A stretch of DNA of 64,000 bases from Paraphysomonas bandaiensis. Taxonomy: Eukaryota; Protista; Chrysophyceae. A program made the translations under genes and the position numbers. Shown one piece after another: positions 1 to 11,100 of the stretch. Within the stretch, counting starts at the first letter, position 1. Each line of letters opens with the position of its first letter. The notes beneath the pieces are model-generated. The model was not told the DNA's origin. It was given only the letters and a program-made list of their open reading frames with translations, and did no database searches. Location: assembly GCA_965644295.1 (NCBI GenBank), contig CBFFRP010000565.1:1-64000 (forward strand). The letters run 5' to 3'.

Positions 1-2501
1 TGTTGAAATTTGCAAAGACCTGGTTAGGATTTAGGGAGATCAAGTTTTTTGGCTATTTGGTAAGGCATAATAGTTTCGAGCTCACGGACGATAGGAAAGA
101 GGCTTTATTGAAGATTCCTTTTCCAGAGAATGGAAATAGATGTAAGAAGATTAGATCTTTGTTGGGTCTGGGAGTATTCTTTGCCCCATTTGTTCAGAAT
201 TACTCAGATTTGGTTAAACATCTTACGGATATGACTAAGAGTAGTTTTAATTGGGAAGAAACGACATGGCAGCACGATTATAGGCAGGAGTTTGAAAACT
301 ATAAGAGTGGTTTGCAACAGTCTTGTGCTTTGTTTTATCCGAATTATGATCTTGAGTGGACACTTAGGACAGATGCCAGTGACTATGGAGTGGCAGGCAT
401 TCTTTTCCAGACTGTTGAGGGAACTGGGTCTAGTCCGATTCAACAGCAAACTATTGCTATCTGTTCCAAGAAATTGTCAGAGCAAGCCTTGAAGTGGTGT
501 ACTATTGAGAAGGAGGGTTTTGGTATATTCTATTCAGTCAAGAAATTTTCGTTTTATCTGAGAGGAAAGAAATTTACAATCGAGACGGACCACAACAACC
601 TTGTGTGGATGGAGGCATCAGAAGTTGCGAAGATAATTCGATGGAGAATTTATTTGCAGGATTTTGACTTTTTGATTCGTCATATCCCAGGGAAGAACAA
701 TGTGGTTGCGGATTGCTTGTCAAGATTGCTGTATTTGTCCGGATTTGTGGACGAAAGTGACGATTTCGACTCAGATGAAGTGAACTTCGTGACACTGCAT
801 AACATCTTTGAAAAAGACGATTTTGAGGACGAAGTGCAGGAGATCGCGCCACCTACGGAGGAGCAGAGGATAGATTATCATCAGGCTATCAAGGAGGTTC
901 ACAACGCGCAAGTAGGACACTGGGGTGCGAAAGAGACGTGGAAGCGTCTGTGTAAGCAATTTCCGGGACACGGCGTGCCTTTCAAGGTGGTTGCAGACTT
1001 CGTGGACGAATGTATCAACTGTCAGAAGAATAGGCGAGAGCTGAAGCAGCGATTGATTCCTATCACTAGACATTTAAAACCGCCTCATTCCAGGAGTGCT
1101 TTGGGAATTGACGCGGTTGCTATTACACCTGTTTCTAAATCTGGTTACACGCATATTGTGGTCATGGTTAATTTGTTTACGAAATTGGTGTACCTATATG
1201 CGGTGAAAGGAATGACAGCTATCAATTTAGCTACAGCAGTGTGGAAGTGCTGGTGTACATACGGGCTCACGGATATGATTATATCAGATATGGGTCCTGA
1301 TCTCAAATCAGAACTTTTCGCAGAACTGGTTAAGTTGTCAGGACTTCGTCATGTTTTTAGTATTGCCAACAGGCATGTCAATGGATGTGAGCGTATTATT
1401 AAGGAAGTGGTTCGTCACATCCGTGCTATTTGTTTTGACAAGCGAATCGAGGCTGATGCTGTTTTGGAGGACGAACTGTTACTTGCCACTATCATGTTCA
1501 TTCTGAATACCCACGAGAGTAGTGAGACGGGGTATTCTGCGTTCGAACTGACGTTTGGGTCCCAGGATTCTATCTATAAGAATCTTTTGGCTGCCCAGGG
1601 GAGAGACAATGATCCGTCTCATCAGCTGTTGAAAAGGCTGAACGATTACTTAGCTCTAGTTCGCCAGATATCAGCAGATTACCAGAAGTCTCTAGTTGAG
1701 AAACGAGCTGAAGCGGGTTTGGATCCTGCCAAACAAAACCAGTATTGTCCAGGCGATTTTGTTATGTTCGACGCTGGTGCTAAACCACATCCGAAATTAT
1801 CCTCGAGGATGAAGGGTCCTTTCGAAGTGGTACGGCAATACAAGAATGATGTTCAAATTCGAAACCTTCTTACCGGGGGAATTCGGGAATACTCTGTCTC
1901 TGATCTTGAGCCATTTTTCGGAGATAAGGAATCGGCTATTGAAGCGGCGATGCGAGACCATGAACAATTTAAGGTGGAGGAGATTCTTTCATATACGGGA
2001 GATTCACGAACCAAATCTACGATGGTCTTCAAGGTGAAGTATGCGGACGGCGATATCTTGGACATTCCATGGACACCGGATATTCAGTGTGAGGCATATT
2101 ATGATTTCTGTGAGTCTAGGCCTTACTTGCGGCACCTCGCATACGACTCGTTTACTGCGAAGCGTTTTATTTCTTCAATGAGGAAAGAGAATATCACAAC
2201 AGTGTCGGTTGGAGATACTGTCTATGTTGATCTCAGGTTCTACGGTGACCTGTGGTACGAGAGTCTTGGTTTACCGGATTATGCCACGGCCGCGTATGTC
2301 ATGGAATTCACGTACACCCATTGGTATCACAAGAATTCCAAACGCAAGATTAGCGCCCGTTTTAATCTCAACGGTTCCAACTATGCCTTCGACAACTATT
2401 TGGTCTATTGTTGGGGGTCCCAGAAGGATTTTGACCCTGCTCGCATGATTTTGGTTGATGCGTCGCTCGCTGCGGCTTATCCCAAAATTATTCAGGAGTA
2501 G
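1..2501 (+). CDS. Ty3/gypsy (chromovirus-like) pol, 5'-truncated by window edge: RT C-terminus, RNase H, integrase, chromodomain, extra C-terminal domain
   Basis: Uninterrupted ORF with RT end (IKFFGYLV), RNase H (TDASDYGVAGIL, TIEKEGFGI, IETDHNNL), integrase HHCC (HNAQVGH..CINC), DDE core (IDAV, ISDMG, GCERII), GPF motif (MKGPFEV) and chromodomain-like FKVEEILSY..FKVKYADG..W; domain order RT-RH-IN is gypsy type. Confidence 0.95.
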   Translation, partial: LKFAKTWLGFREIKFFGYLVRHNSFELTDDRKEALLKIPFPENGNRCKKIRSLLGLGVFFAPFVQNYSDLVKHLTDMTKSSFNWEETTWQHDYRQEFENYKSGLQQSCALFYPNYDLEWTLRTDASDYGVAGILFQTVEGTGSSPIQQQTIAICSKKLSEQALKWCTIEKEGFGIFYSVKKFSFYLRGKKFTIETDHNNLVWMEASEVAKIIRWRIYLQDFDFLIRHIPGKNNVVADCLSRLLYLSGFVDESDDFDSDEVNFVTLHNIFEKDDFEDEVQEIAPPTEEQRIDYHQAIKEVHNAQVGHWGAKETWKRLCKQFPGHGVPFKVVADFVDECINCQKNRRELKQRLIPITRHLKPPHSRSALGIDAVAITPVSKSGYTHIVVMVNLFTKLVYLYAVKGMTAINLATAVWKCWCTYGLTDMIISDMGPDLKSELFAELVKLSGLRHVFSIANRHVNGCERIIKEVVRHIRAICFDKRIEADAVLEDELLLATIMFILNTHESSETGYSAFELTFGSQDSIYKNLLAAQGRDNDPSHQLLKRLNDYLALVRQISADYQKSLVEKRAEAGLDPAKQNQYCPGDFVMFDAGAKPHPKLSSRMKGPFEVVRQYKNDVQIRNLLTGGIREYSVSDLEPFFGDKESAIEAAMRDHEQFKVEEILSYTGDSRTKSTMVFKVKYADGDILDIPWTPDIQCEAYYDFCESRPYLRHLAYDSFTAKRFISSMRKENITTVSVGDTVYVDLRFYGDLWYESLGLPDYATAAYVMEFTYTHWYHKNSKRKISARFNLNGSNYAFDNYLVYCWGSQKDFDPARMILVDASLAAAYPKIIQE

Positions 2502-2512
2502 CTACGGCATCC

Positions 2513-2529
2513 GGGGGGGGGAGAAAGGG
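2513..2529 (+). other. Polypurine tract of the gypsy element
   Basis: GGGGGGGGGAGAAAGGG lies just after the pol stop and 3 nt before TGTAAAG, the LTR start. Confidence 0.85.
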
Positions 2530-2532
2530 TAA

Positions 2533-3739
2533 TGTAAAGCCGTGGGCTTTTATAACGCCCTTGGTAGTTTTATATGATGATATATATTGGTATAATAGGC
2601 GGTTATAGTATATGGAGAAGGAATGAACAAGTTTTATAAGTAGTTGATAGATTGAATTATTAGAGTGATCTAAAGGGAACGAAACAAGACTTACTAACCA
2701 TCATGGACACGACTTCTGTATTTCCTACGAGCTTTTCGACGGGGATGAGTAATACCAGCGTGATTAGGAGGAGGCATACGGCAGCGATTGGGGTTAGGAA
2801 GCAGTGATACACACAATTTCGTGGGCCTACGTGATTGCCACCCGTTGGTTTACACCTATATCCATATAGCAGTCGGTGTAACAGCGATTTGAGTTAGGAA
2901 ACATTGATTGGTACCACATGTGCGATATTCGTAGTCCATTCATCATTATGAGAAGCTTTCTGATGGTTTTGAACAGCTCTATGTGCTTGCTCATCGTTCC
3001 GGACTATGATATACGATTATTTTCCCATTATCACACACCATCGATTTTCTGTGGAATGGGGAGGAATTCGTAGGGTGCCATTGGGCACAGATGCATAGGT
3101 GTTCTAGGCATGCTGATGGTAAAATTTCCCTATGTATAGATGGCTAGGTCTGTTGTACACTGGTTCGCAGGAATGGCGATGTTTAACGGGTTGAAATGTG
3201 ATTGCAGTTGTCATGAAATGTGCTTGCAATTTTTGTGGATTCGAAGATTGTCATTTTTGGGTGTTTGTGGCTCGAAAATCGGCGATTTTCTGCAATTCTC
3301 AAAAATTGGGGATTTTTGGGTTTTTGGGACTCAAAAATCGGAGGTTTTTGGAAAAGACCTATTTAGGCGTATTTCAGGGGGTTTTTGACTATAAACGATG
3401 TAGGATATGAATCGTATGTAGTGTAGTACATGTTTGAGCATATTGTACGGTTGTGGTTGCATTCAATGTCCTGTGTATGAGGAGGAGTCTTTAGACTAGG
3501 GGTCTGTCTTTCGTTTTGCTTGTAACTTAGTTTTTTAATAATAATTCTCTATGAAATTAACATAGTTGGTTGACTGATCTGTCTATTGGGAGCTTTAGAT
3601 TGCAGGATACAGGGGAGCTTGTGTTTCTGGCTGTTGGTTTCTTAAAGAGTTATTATTATAGCATTCTGTTTTGTTGTTTCGATAAACAACCATTTCATAT
3701 CTTTTCAGTGATCTTAGGTTGCAAGACCTGAGTTGTTCA
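2533..3739 (+). mobile_element. 3' LTR of the gypsy element (right end uncertain: 3562 or 3739)
   Basis: Starts TGTAAAGCCGTGGGCTTTTATAAC directly after the PPT; the same start recurs at 43237 (+) and 53971 (-); a CA at 3738-3739 coincides with the point where the copia ORF is cut. Confidence 0.7.
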
Positions 3740-6392
3740 TAATGCTACAATCACACCCTTACGTTCTACAACTCTTGTTGTCTTATACAGAAGTCCGTCC
3801 TCATCATCAATATGATACGTTCCTTCTAAGCTGACATAGTCGGATGCAAGCTTGGGTCTAGCGGCCTCCCGCACTCGAAGAGCATCAATCTCTGCGAAAT
3901 ACTTCTCTGATCGTGATGGCGTTGACTCATCAGTCAATATATGGACTGTAATCACCACCTTGTTTGATTCAGGAAGATATACATGGTATCCTACCTTCTC
4001 ATCAGAGTAACCCATTAAATATCCAACTAGAGCCTTATCCTCCCAATCCTTTCGTCGATCCGCCTTCGGTGAAAGAACATAAGTTCGACACCCCCATACC
4101 CTAAGATATCTCAAATTTGGAGGCTCGCCCGTTAGAAACTCTATAGGAGACATATACCCTTTATCTGTTTTCGTTGGCAATCGAATCAAAATATATCTGG
4201 CTGCCATGTATGCATCCAGCCAAAATTGCGGTGGCAGTCCAGATTGGATTAGCATTGCAAGAGTCATCTCTCCAGCAGTTCTGAACTTCCTCTCCTCTAT
4301 GGCATTCATTTCTGGAGAGTCTGTTGAGCTCCACGTATGTTGATAGCACTCCTGTGTCCTAAGATACTGACGCAGCTCCTCACTGATTAATTCTCCTGCA
4401 CCATCGGCATGATAGTGCTCCATCTTGAGCTTGTACCTTCTAACATCTCCTCTAAATAGCTCTTTGAAGACTTCTAAGACCGCTTCCCCAGTTCTGTGGA
4501 CTAAACCCGTCGCCCAGAACATTTTGCTGGCATGATGCGTTACCTTTAACACATACCTCTCACCTCCTCTAGCAGGACAATTTAAGTACACAGCGATATC
4601 TGCTGAAAAATTCGGTCTAACGGAATTCTCGTCCTTCGTTCGGAAGCTGACTCGGGTTATCTTAGACCTGGCACACACATCACACAAACACTGATTTTTG
4701 TGTACCTTGGCTGTGAGGTGTTTCCGTTTCAACCCTGTACCCATGATGAGCATCCTCTTATGTGCCTCCACTAACGCATGTTTGTTGAAGTGACCCGCTC
4801 TCCGATGCAGCAACTCCAGCTCGTCCTCACCAGTCCTATCGCTAAGATTTACTTCACAATTACTCGGTGTAGACACATCTGGAAGCTCCAACAGCTGCTG
4901 AGTTGGAACTGCAGTCATTCCATTCTTCATGGGTCCCTCCAGTACCAGCTCACCAGTATTACAGTCATAAATTTGGATCCCATACCACACCGTGAATCGA
5001 TAGCCCATTTCGTTCAGCTTACGTCCGGAGCACAGGCATCGATTGATCTGATCTGAAATTTCTATGTCTCTCCATGCTCCACGGGAACCCACACTTGTGA
5101 TATGAATCTCTGATCCCTTCTTAGAGCCGTTTATCACCTTTGATGTATTCATATGAGTGTCAAGCATGGTCACATCATTCATCAAGAACATTGATGATGA
5201 ACAGCAGGTGTCAATATATGTATAATGCATGTCATCATTTACACTACATATATTCGTTTCATGTATATTGCATGACAATTTCATAACATCCTCGATCATA
5301 TTTGCTTCATCTTCATCAGAGAAATCTGCTGGTTCTCCACGCCGTATATTCTCTACTGTCAGCAGCCTTTTGTCCGGCTTCCTACCATGATTCTTCCCTT
5401 TCTCTCCTCTTCTAGAATGCTTTTTCTTCGTCGTTGGACAATCAGCAGCAAGATGTTCCAGAGACTTGCAATTTCTGCATCCCGTGTATTCAGCACTTCC
5501 AGGACGCTGCCCTGATATCTCTCCATCCTTCTTCCTCTGCTTCCTCCTGCACTGTTCAGTTGAATGGCTATGAGGAATTCCTTCTTTCCTGCAATATCTA
5601 CAGTTGCCCTTCTTACGCTTATCCCGTTCCGTTCGAGACCGTTTGCTCTTTTCAATGAAGTTCAGCTCCTCCACCTTCTTGCGTTTCCGCTCTAACGCAA
5701 TCCTTCCAGGAATGGTATCATCATACCGTTCTATCTTCCTTGATAATGTTGCATAATCAACATCATCAGGCATCAAATACAAAGCAACATTCAGAGGAGC
5801 ATATTCTTCATTCAACAGACCTTCTCGTAACCGTGTTATTTTTGAGAGCTCCGATATGTCCTGCTGCTGCTCCTGTAGCTCTTTCAGCAGTATTTCAAAC
5901 CGTATTATATAGTCCTTCGCAGTCTCCTCCGGACGCATACGGAAAGAGCCATACTGAGTCAACAGCTCACTGATCTTGTTTTGCTTCCCTCCCAAAGCAC
6001 TTCTTCAACTCATCAATCATAATATGCGCCTTAAACCTGTTGCTTCCACTTCCATCAGCCTTGAACCCTTTATGTAGAAGATGGAATTTCTGAAGCGCCT
6101 TCGAAGATGATTGCACTGCCTCTCTGCAGTACGAATACGCTATGGCATTCGCCTTCCAGTACTTCTTCACAGCCTGCCTGTAAGACTTCTCCTCCATTAA
6201 CGTGAGTGGCTGTTCCCCGAAGTCGCTCTCCTTCGGTGGTGGCTCCACAGCCACTTCACTTTGCTCTTTCCTCATGAGGAACGTTTCGAAGTCTTCAATC
6301 CATTGTTCAACATTGCTCTCATTAAACTGTGGCACTACTCCTCTATCCTCCTTCTCTCCTCCTCGCTCGCTACCATGTTGAGAAACGCTCAT
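3737..6392 (-). pseudogene. Ty1/copia gag-protease-integrase, frameshifted in gag and truncated before RT
   Basis: Two zinc knuckles (CRYC..H....C, CRNCKSLEHLAADC), protease YIDTCCS, integrase H-H-C-C (LLHRRAGH..CDVC), HADGAGE, PEMNAIEERK, LRVWGCRTY; order PR-IN is copia type; ORFs 5967-6392 and 3737-5995 join by removing one G near 5992 (TTT GGG A to TTT GGA). Confidence 0.92.
6364..6375 (-). other. Primer-binding site of the copia element (initiator tRNA-Met-like)
   Basis: TGGTAGCGAGCG abuts the LTR end CAACA and resembles TGGTAGC-type iMet PBS sequences. Confidence 0.7.
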
Positions 6393-6475
6393 TTTACACT
6401 AGATCACAGAGAGAATTTGTCGTAAGACTAGATAGATTTATTAGTATCGTTTACACGAAGTTGTGATAACCAACA
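6376..6475 (-). mobile_element. 5' LTR of the copia element (100 bp)
   Basis: On the minus strand it is bounded by TGTTG...CAACA, contains AATAAA, and is immediately followed by a TGG-starting PBS. Confidence 0.7.
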
Positions 6476-8163
6476 CTAACTCATTATAATCCCTGCATAA
6501 TATCCTACATATGCGAACCTCTCGTTACTGAACATATCTTGAACGATCAAACTATTTCAGTTTCTCAATATCATCACAGCATTTGTACATCACTATATTT
6601 CACTGTATTCTCGTACATTGTCTTGAAGTGACATACTGAATATACTAGAATAAGATCCATATTCTAATAGATTCGTGTCAAATGCTCTAATCTTTTCCAT
6701 TGATAATTTAAAAATAAGATTCATAGCTAGTCCTAGTATTTAGTAAAGATACACTTTGCTTTCGTAGAGATAAAGATTGATTATATATACTTCACATGAA
6801 GGATAAACCCTAATAGTATGATAGCAAGACACGTTTGAACAGTGCGCTAGCACCACACAAGTGTGCGAATCTTGTACAGTCGCGTGTCTTATATAGTTTG
6901 GTAATTATTTAGTTATTTGATATTTTATTGTATACATGTAATGTATTCGCGCGTCAACGGATATACGTGATTCAATGAATCTTAATATTTAATACAGCTG
7001 GTTATTCGGTGTATTTATCATTCAAAGTTTATATTATGGTGCACTGATAAAGTGAGTTATATGCTAGAGCAGAGATATTATTGTTGTGATCAGTGATATA
7101 AAAAGCAAAGAAAACGACGTGGTAAATACAAGTGGAATTCGTTACCACGACCATGTTCAGAAGGATGACGAAAGCGTCAGGGTATATTGAATGCTTCCTG
7201 GGTACTTGATGATGGAGGAGTTTGATGCTCTTCAGCAAGCGCCGATTTTATATCTTTACAATTATGACTCTGAAGAATCTACGATCCAGAGACCTTAAAT
7301 GGGTATTGAGGAGCAAATTAACAACCTTGATGTTCATAGAGAATATACTGAGGGCCATCCTGAGTCTCCTGCTATTTTGGAGATACCTGTTTATGCGATA
7401 CTCATCGCTATGATTAACTATTTGAGTGTGTGTAATGGAATAGTATCATTGAATAGCGATGCCTTACTTTTATTTATTCATCAATATGGCATGATACATA
7501 TGAATAAATTTTCACGAGTATTTTTGAACTAAAGTAGGAACTACCACACGGGTTTGTCGATGGCAATGAAGAGTAAGTCCAGTCGGGTAGGAGCTATTGA
7601 ATTGAAAAGGTTCAAGCATGGAATGTGAATCCCTGGTGCAACTGGGTTGTTTTCATATACCTTTTTCTAAAAGCCAGCAACAGAATTGAAGGAGATTAAT
7701 TGGCCATTATTACCTATTACAGTAATTTCAATGTCAATATTTGGACTATTCTAGATTATAATTGCAGTTATTGTCTTTGGAGTGGTCTTAAAGGTCATTT
7801 GAAAGACTCGCACTAATTCTTTTGTGAGCACGGTGCTTTTACAACAAAATTATTATTTTGCTGCTATATACAAAAGTGTTTATATGAAGGCTCTTACAAT
7901 TTTTACATTATTAACTCCAGAATTACACAGCAGTTGACGGGCGCCGGCCGATATACAGTGTTGTACAAGGAACATGTTAAACCGAAACGATCTTCTGAAC
8001 CTTTATTAATATCGAAATTGCTTTTTACAAATGATCGCATTTCAAGAATAAAAACAAGCAACTCACTACCATAGTAAATATTATAACAAAACACTAACTA
8101 TAAATATTCAACACACATTTAAGCTATTGATATGATACGTAATGATTACTTGTTCAGAGAACA

Positions 8164-11100
8164 CTAAAGAATACCAATTTCTTCGAGTTTTCTCTGTAAC
8201 CTTTGGCGAAGATATTCAGAATCCTGTGCAAATACTCTTATTTCACCCGCTTCCGAGCCTACAATCAGATGCCTTTCATTTTTCGTTAAATATAAGGATC
8301 GGATTGGTGAATTCAATATCATTCGATCCCCTTCACTGTCTTCAATCATTCCGTCCAACACAGCCTCAAGGCCTTTACGGGGTCCATCGTTAGCTAACTC
8401 GAGAGTATGAACCTGATATTTAGCAGTTAGAACATTGAATCACATTATATTACATAACCTTACCCAACGAAAAACAACAAGGCAATTTTCTCCCCCAGTT
8501 ATTAACACCTGCCCATCTTCAGAGGGGGCAAATGCATATAAGCGTTCACGGATATCTTTCGTGGCTATCAATCTACCGTTGATTGTGTACGTGCAAAGCA
8601 GATGTTCATCAATCAAATATACGACAACATACGACTCACGAGTCACGCACACCCAATGAATTCTTCTACGTGAGGCAGAGGATCCATTTGCCTGTCTCTC
8701 GGAGGTGAAGCCACATTCCTGTTGTGATTGCACAGCACGCATGGGCGAGGAAGCCCCTACCAAAATACTGCGGGTGTAAGATCCTTCACGCAATGAGTGC
8801 ACAATAACAGTTCCATCTTCCGAACCACTGACGACCACGTCTAGCTCAGTACTAACTGAGACGGATGTCACCGCGTCGTCATGACCGTAGAGAACATGCG
8901 CAGGAGAAGGTCCCAGAGGCATGTCTCGCGAAGTGTGAACATCCCAGATCATCAACGTGCAGTCACGAGATCCGGTCACCAACCAAGTTCTTCCGAAATC
9001 AGATGCAAGCGTGAGACATGTGACAGCGTCTTTATGGGATGAGACAGATTGAATCAATCTTCCAGTGTCGATAGCTGTTACCTTGAACGTGTGGTCCCAG
9101 TGTCCACAGCTGAACAGCATTTTGCTGCCATGATGAACAGCAAACAATTGAGAAGACAGATGTTCATCTGTGGTTCTAGTTCTCCCCCGTCTCCTGGAAT
9201 TATAGCTTATTGTCCTCACTCGATTCCCAGTAGTTGCTGAGGTCGAGGCATTGCTTGATGGCATGCTCTTTCGCGTCATTCCCACGCTTCCAACAGATGA
9301 TATGGGGGGCTCTGGGAGAACCTCTTTGAATACTTCCGTATCACCCGCAGTCGAGGACTGGTCAGACCGAGACGGCGAAGAAATTGGTTTCACTGCTGCC
9401 GGTGTGGAGAGGCGCTTCGCAGTCATTCGTTTGATATCTCGTTCAAGCCGAACAAACTCTTTCTTTGGCACTGGTTCAGCCTAAATCCAGTAAATCATTA
9501 AATAGTTTTTCAAAAAAAAATAAAAATAAACCTTTGCCGCATCTTCACCCGCCTCTTGGCTGGTTAGAGCTGGTTGGGACACAAGAATTTGATTGAAAAA
9601 TGGAACTCCGACGCGTTTGTCCCGCACAGAACTATTCGATGAGTATGAAGACATCATTGAAAATGCCCCAGTGCCAGATGCCAGCCTTACGTTTATAGTT
9701 AGACAACGAAAAGTGAGATTGAATCACTTACCCATGAGAGAGTTCTAGCGCAGCGACATCAATTTTCATTTTATACGGTGGAACCACATCAGGAGCCAGA
9801 GATTGCCACATATGATTACCTATTATTCGAGAAGTATCAACAGTGATTAGCCTCTCTGCTGTCTCAGCAATGAACACAACAGGCCAAACCGATATTTTGT
9901 ACGATCTGAAGCACAAAATTTTTCTCGGTTTGTCAGGAAGAACACCGCCTTTCATAATCGTATCTGCGCCCGGAACTACAGACGCTATTGGCCACGCAAT
10001 GTCAGCAGCGTCAATAGGATATCTCTGCGGGTGAGGCCGAGAGAACAATTGGGCAGGAGTTTGTCCGAATTCAGCGATTTGATTAACATACTGGTCGTAG
10101 AGACTCTTGTCTTTCTCCAGAAGTTCGTCAAGATCAACAGCATCAGCATATGTTAGATGAAAAAAAACATTGCACGCACTGACGGTCGCGTCATTGCCAC
10201 CGGTGCGCATATATGGTGGTCTTTGCTTGTACCCGAATACCAAGTCAATCCAGTGATGAAGGTTTTTGCTTACGTACTCGCTTTCTAACGCCTTTCTATT
10301 TAACCTGACGAACTCAAATGGATCTGAAGCCCAGGGAGGCAGTACAATATCACTGACGGTCTTTCGAGAACTTGTTTTTCGACCAAGATCTAACTTATTC
10401 ACATTCTCAAAAATTTCAGGTAAGAAAAAGAATTCAGGAACCAGTTCTTTGACATCGGTTGGGTTGTTGGTGCATCCAGTCCAGGCAGCAGAGATCGAAT
10501 CAAATAGACGATCTGTTTTATCGAATTTTCCTTCTTGGAGCTGTACGTGCAGGGATGTAAAGGGCTCAACTCTCATTAAATACCACAGAACGAACCCAGC
10601 TGTTGAATAATGAGATCCAAAATGAAACGGAGGTAATGCAGGTCCCATATCAACATCGCCATTTAAAGACATCTGGTACATAAGGTTAATATCTTCGTAT
10701 TTATGCATGATCTCCTCGCGTTGTTTAGCACGCTGTGCGCCCATTGGCCAGCGCAAATCTCGATAGGTGGACGGCTCACGCAGTTTCAACTCATGCGAAA
10801 CATAGTCTGCTATAACCCACGGGAATACAGGGTACTGTCCAAGGTCATTGTAGGATCGCCCTGCAATCGTATTCAATTGCATCAGATATTCAAAGTTAGA
10901 TATTTCTCTAGTTTCCCATGCCCTTGTCAAAAGCGTAGTTGAACCAGGCAGTGTCATTTCCTGAATAATGTGTTGGGGCTTGTGTCCAAAGAACGGTGCA
11001 ATATGCGGTGGCTTTACTACATTCCGTATTACAAATATGAACTGTAGAGCTGTCGCTCTTGAGTGAAGATTGATGAACACAGCTTTCCTGGACGTTAAAA

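Noticed and set aside
2895-3000. Antisense mini-ORF in the gypsy LTR (DEQAHRAVQNH..VPINVS) that looks conserved in the copy at ~53597
   Set aside because: Bounded by a stop just upstream, has no start codon, and is disrupted in the copy at ~43620-43720; ordinary nucleotide similarity explains it
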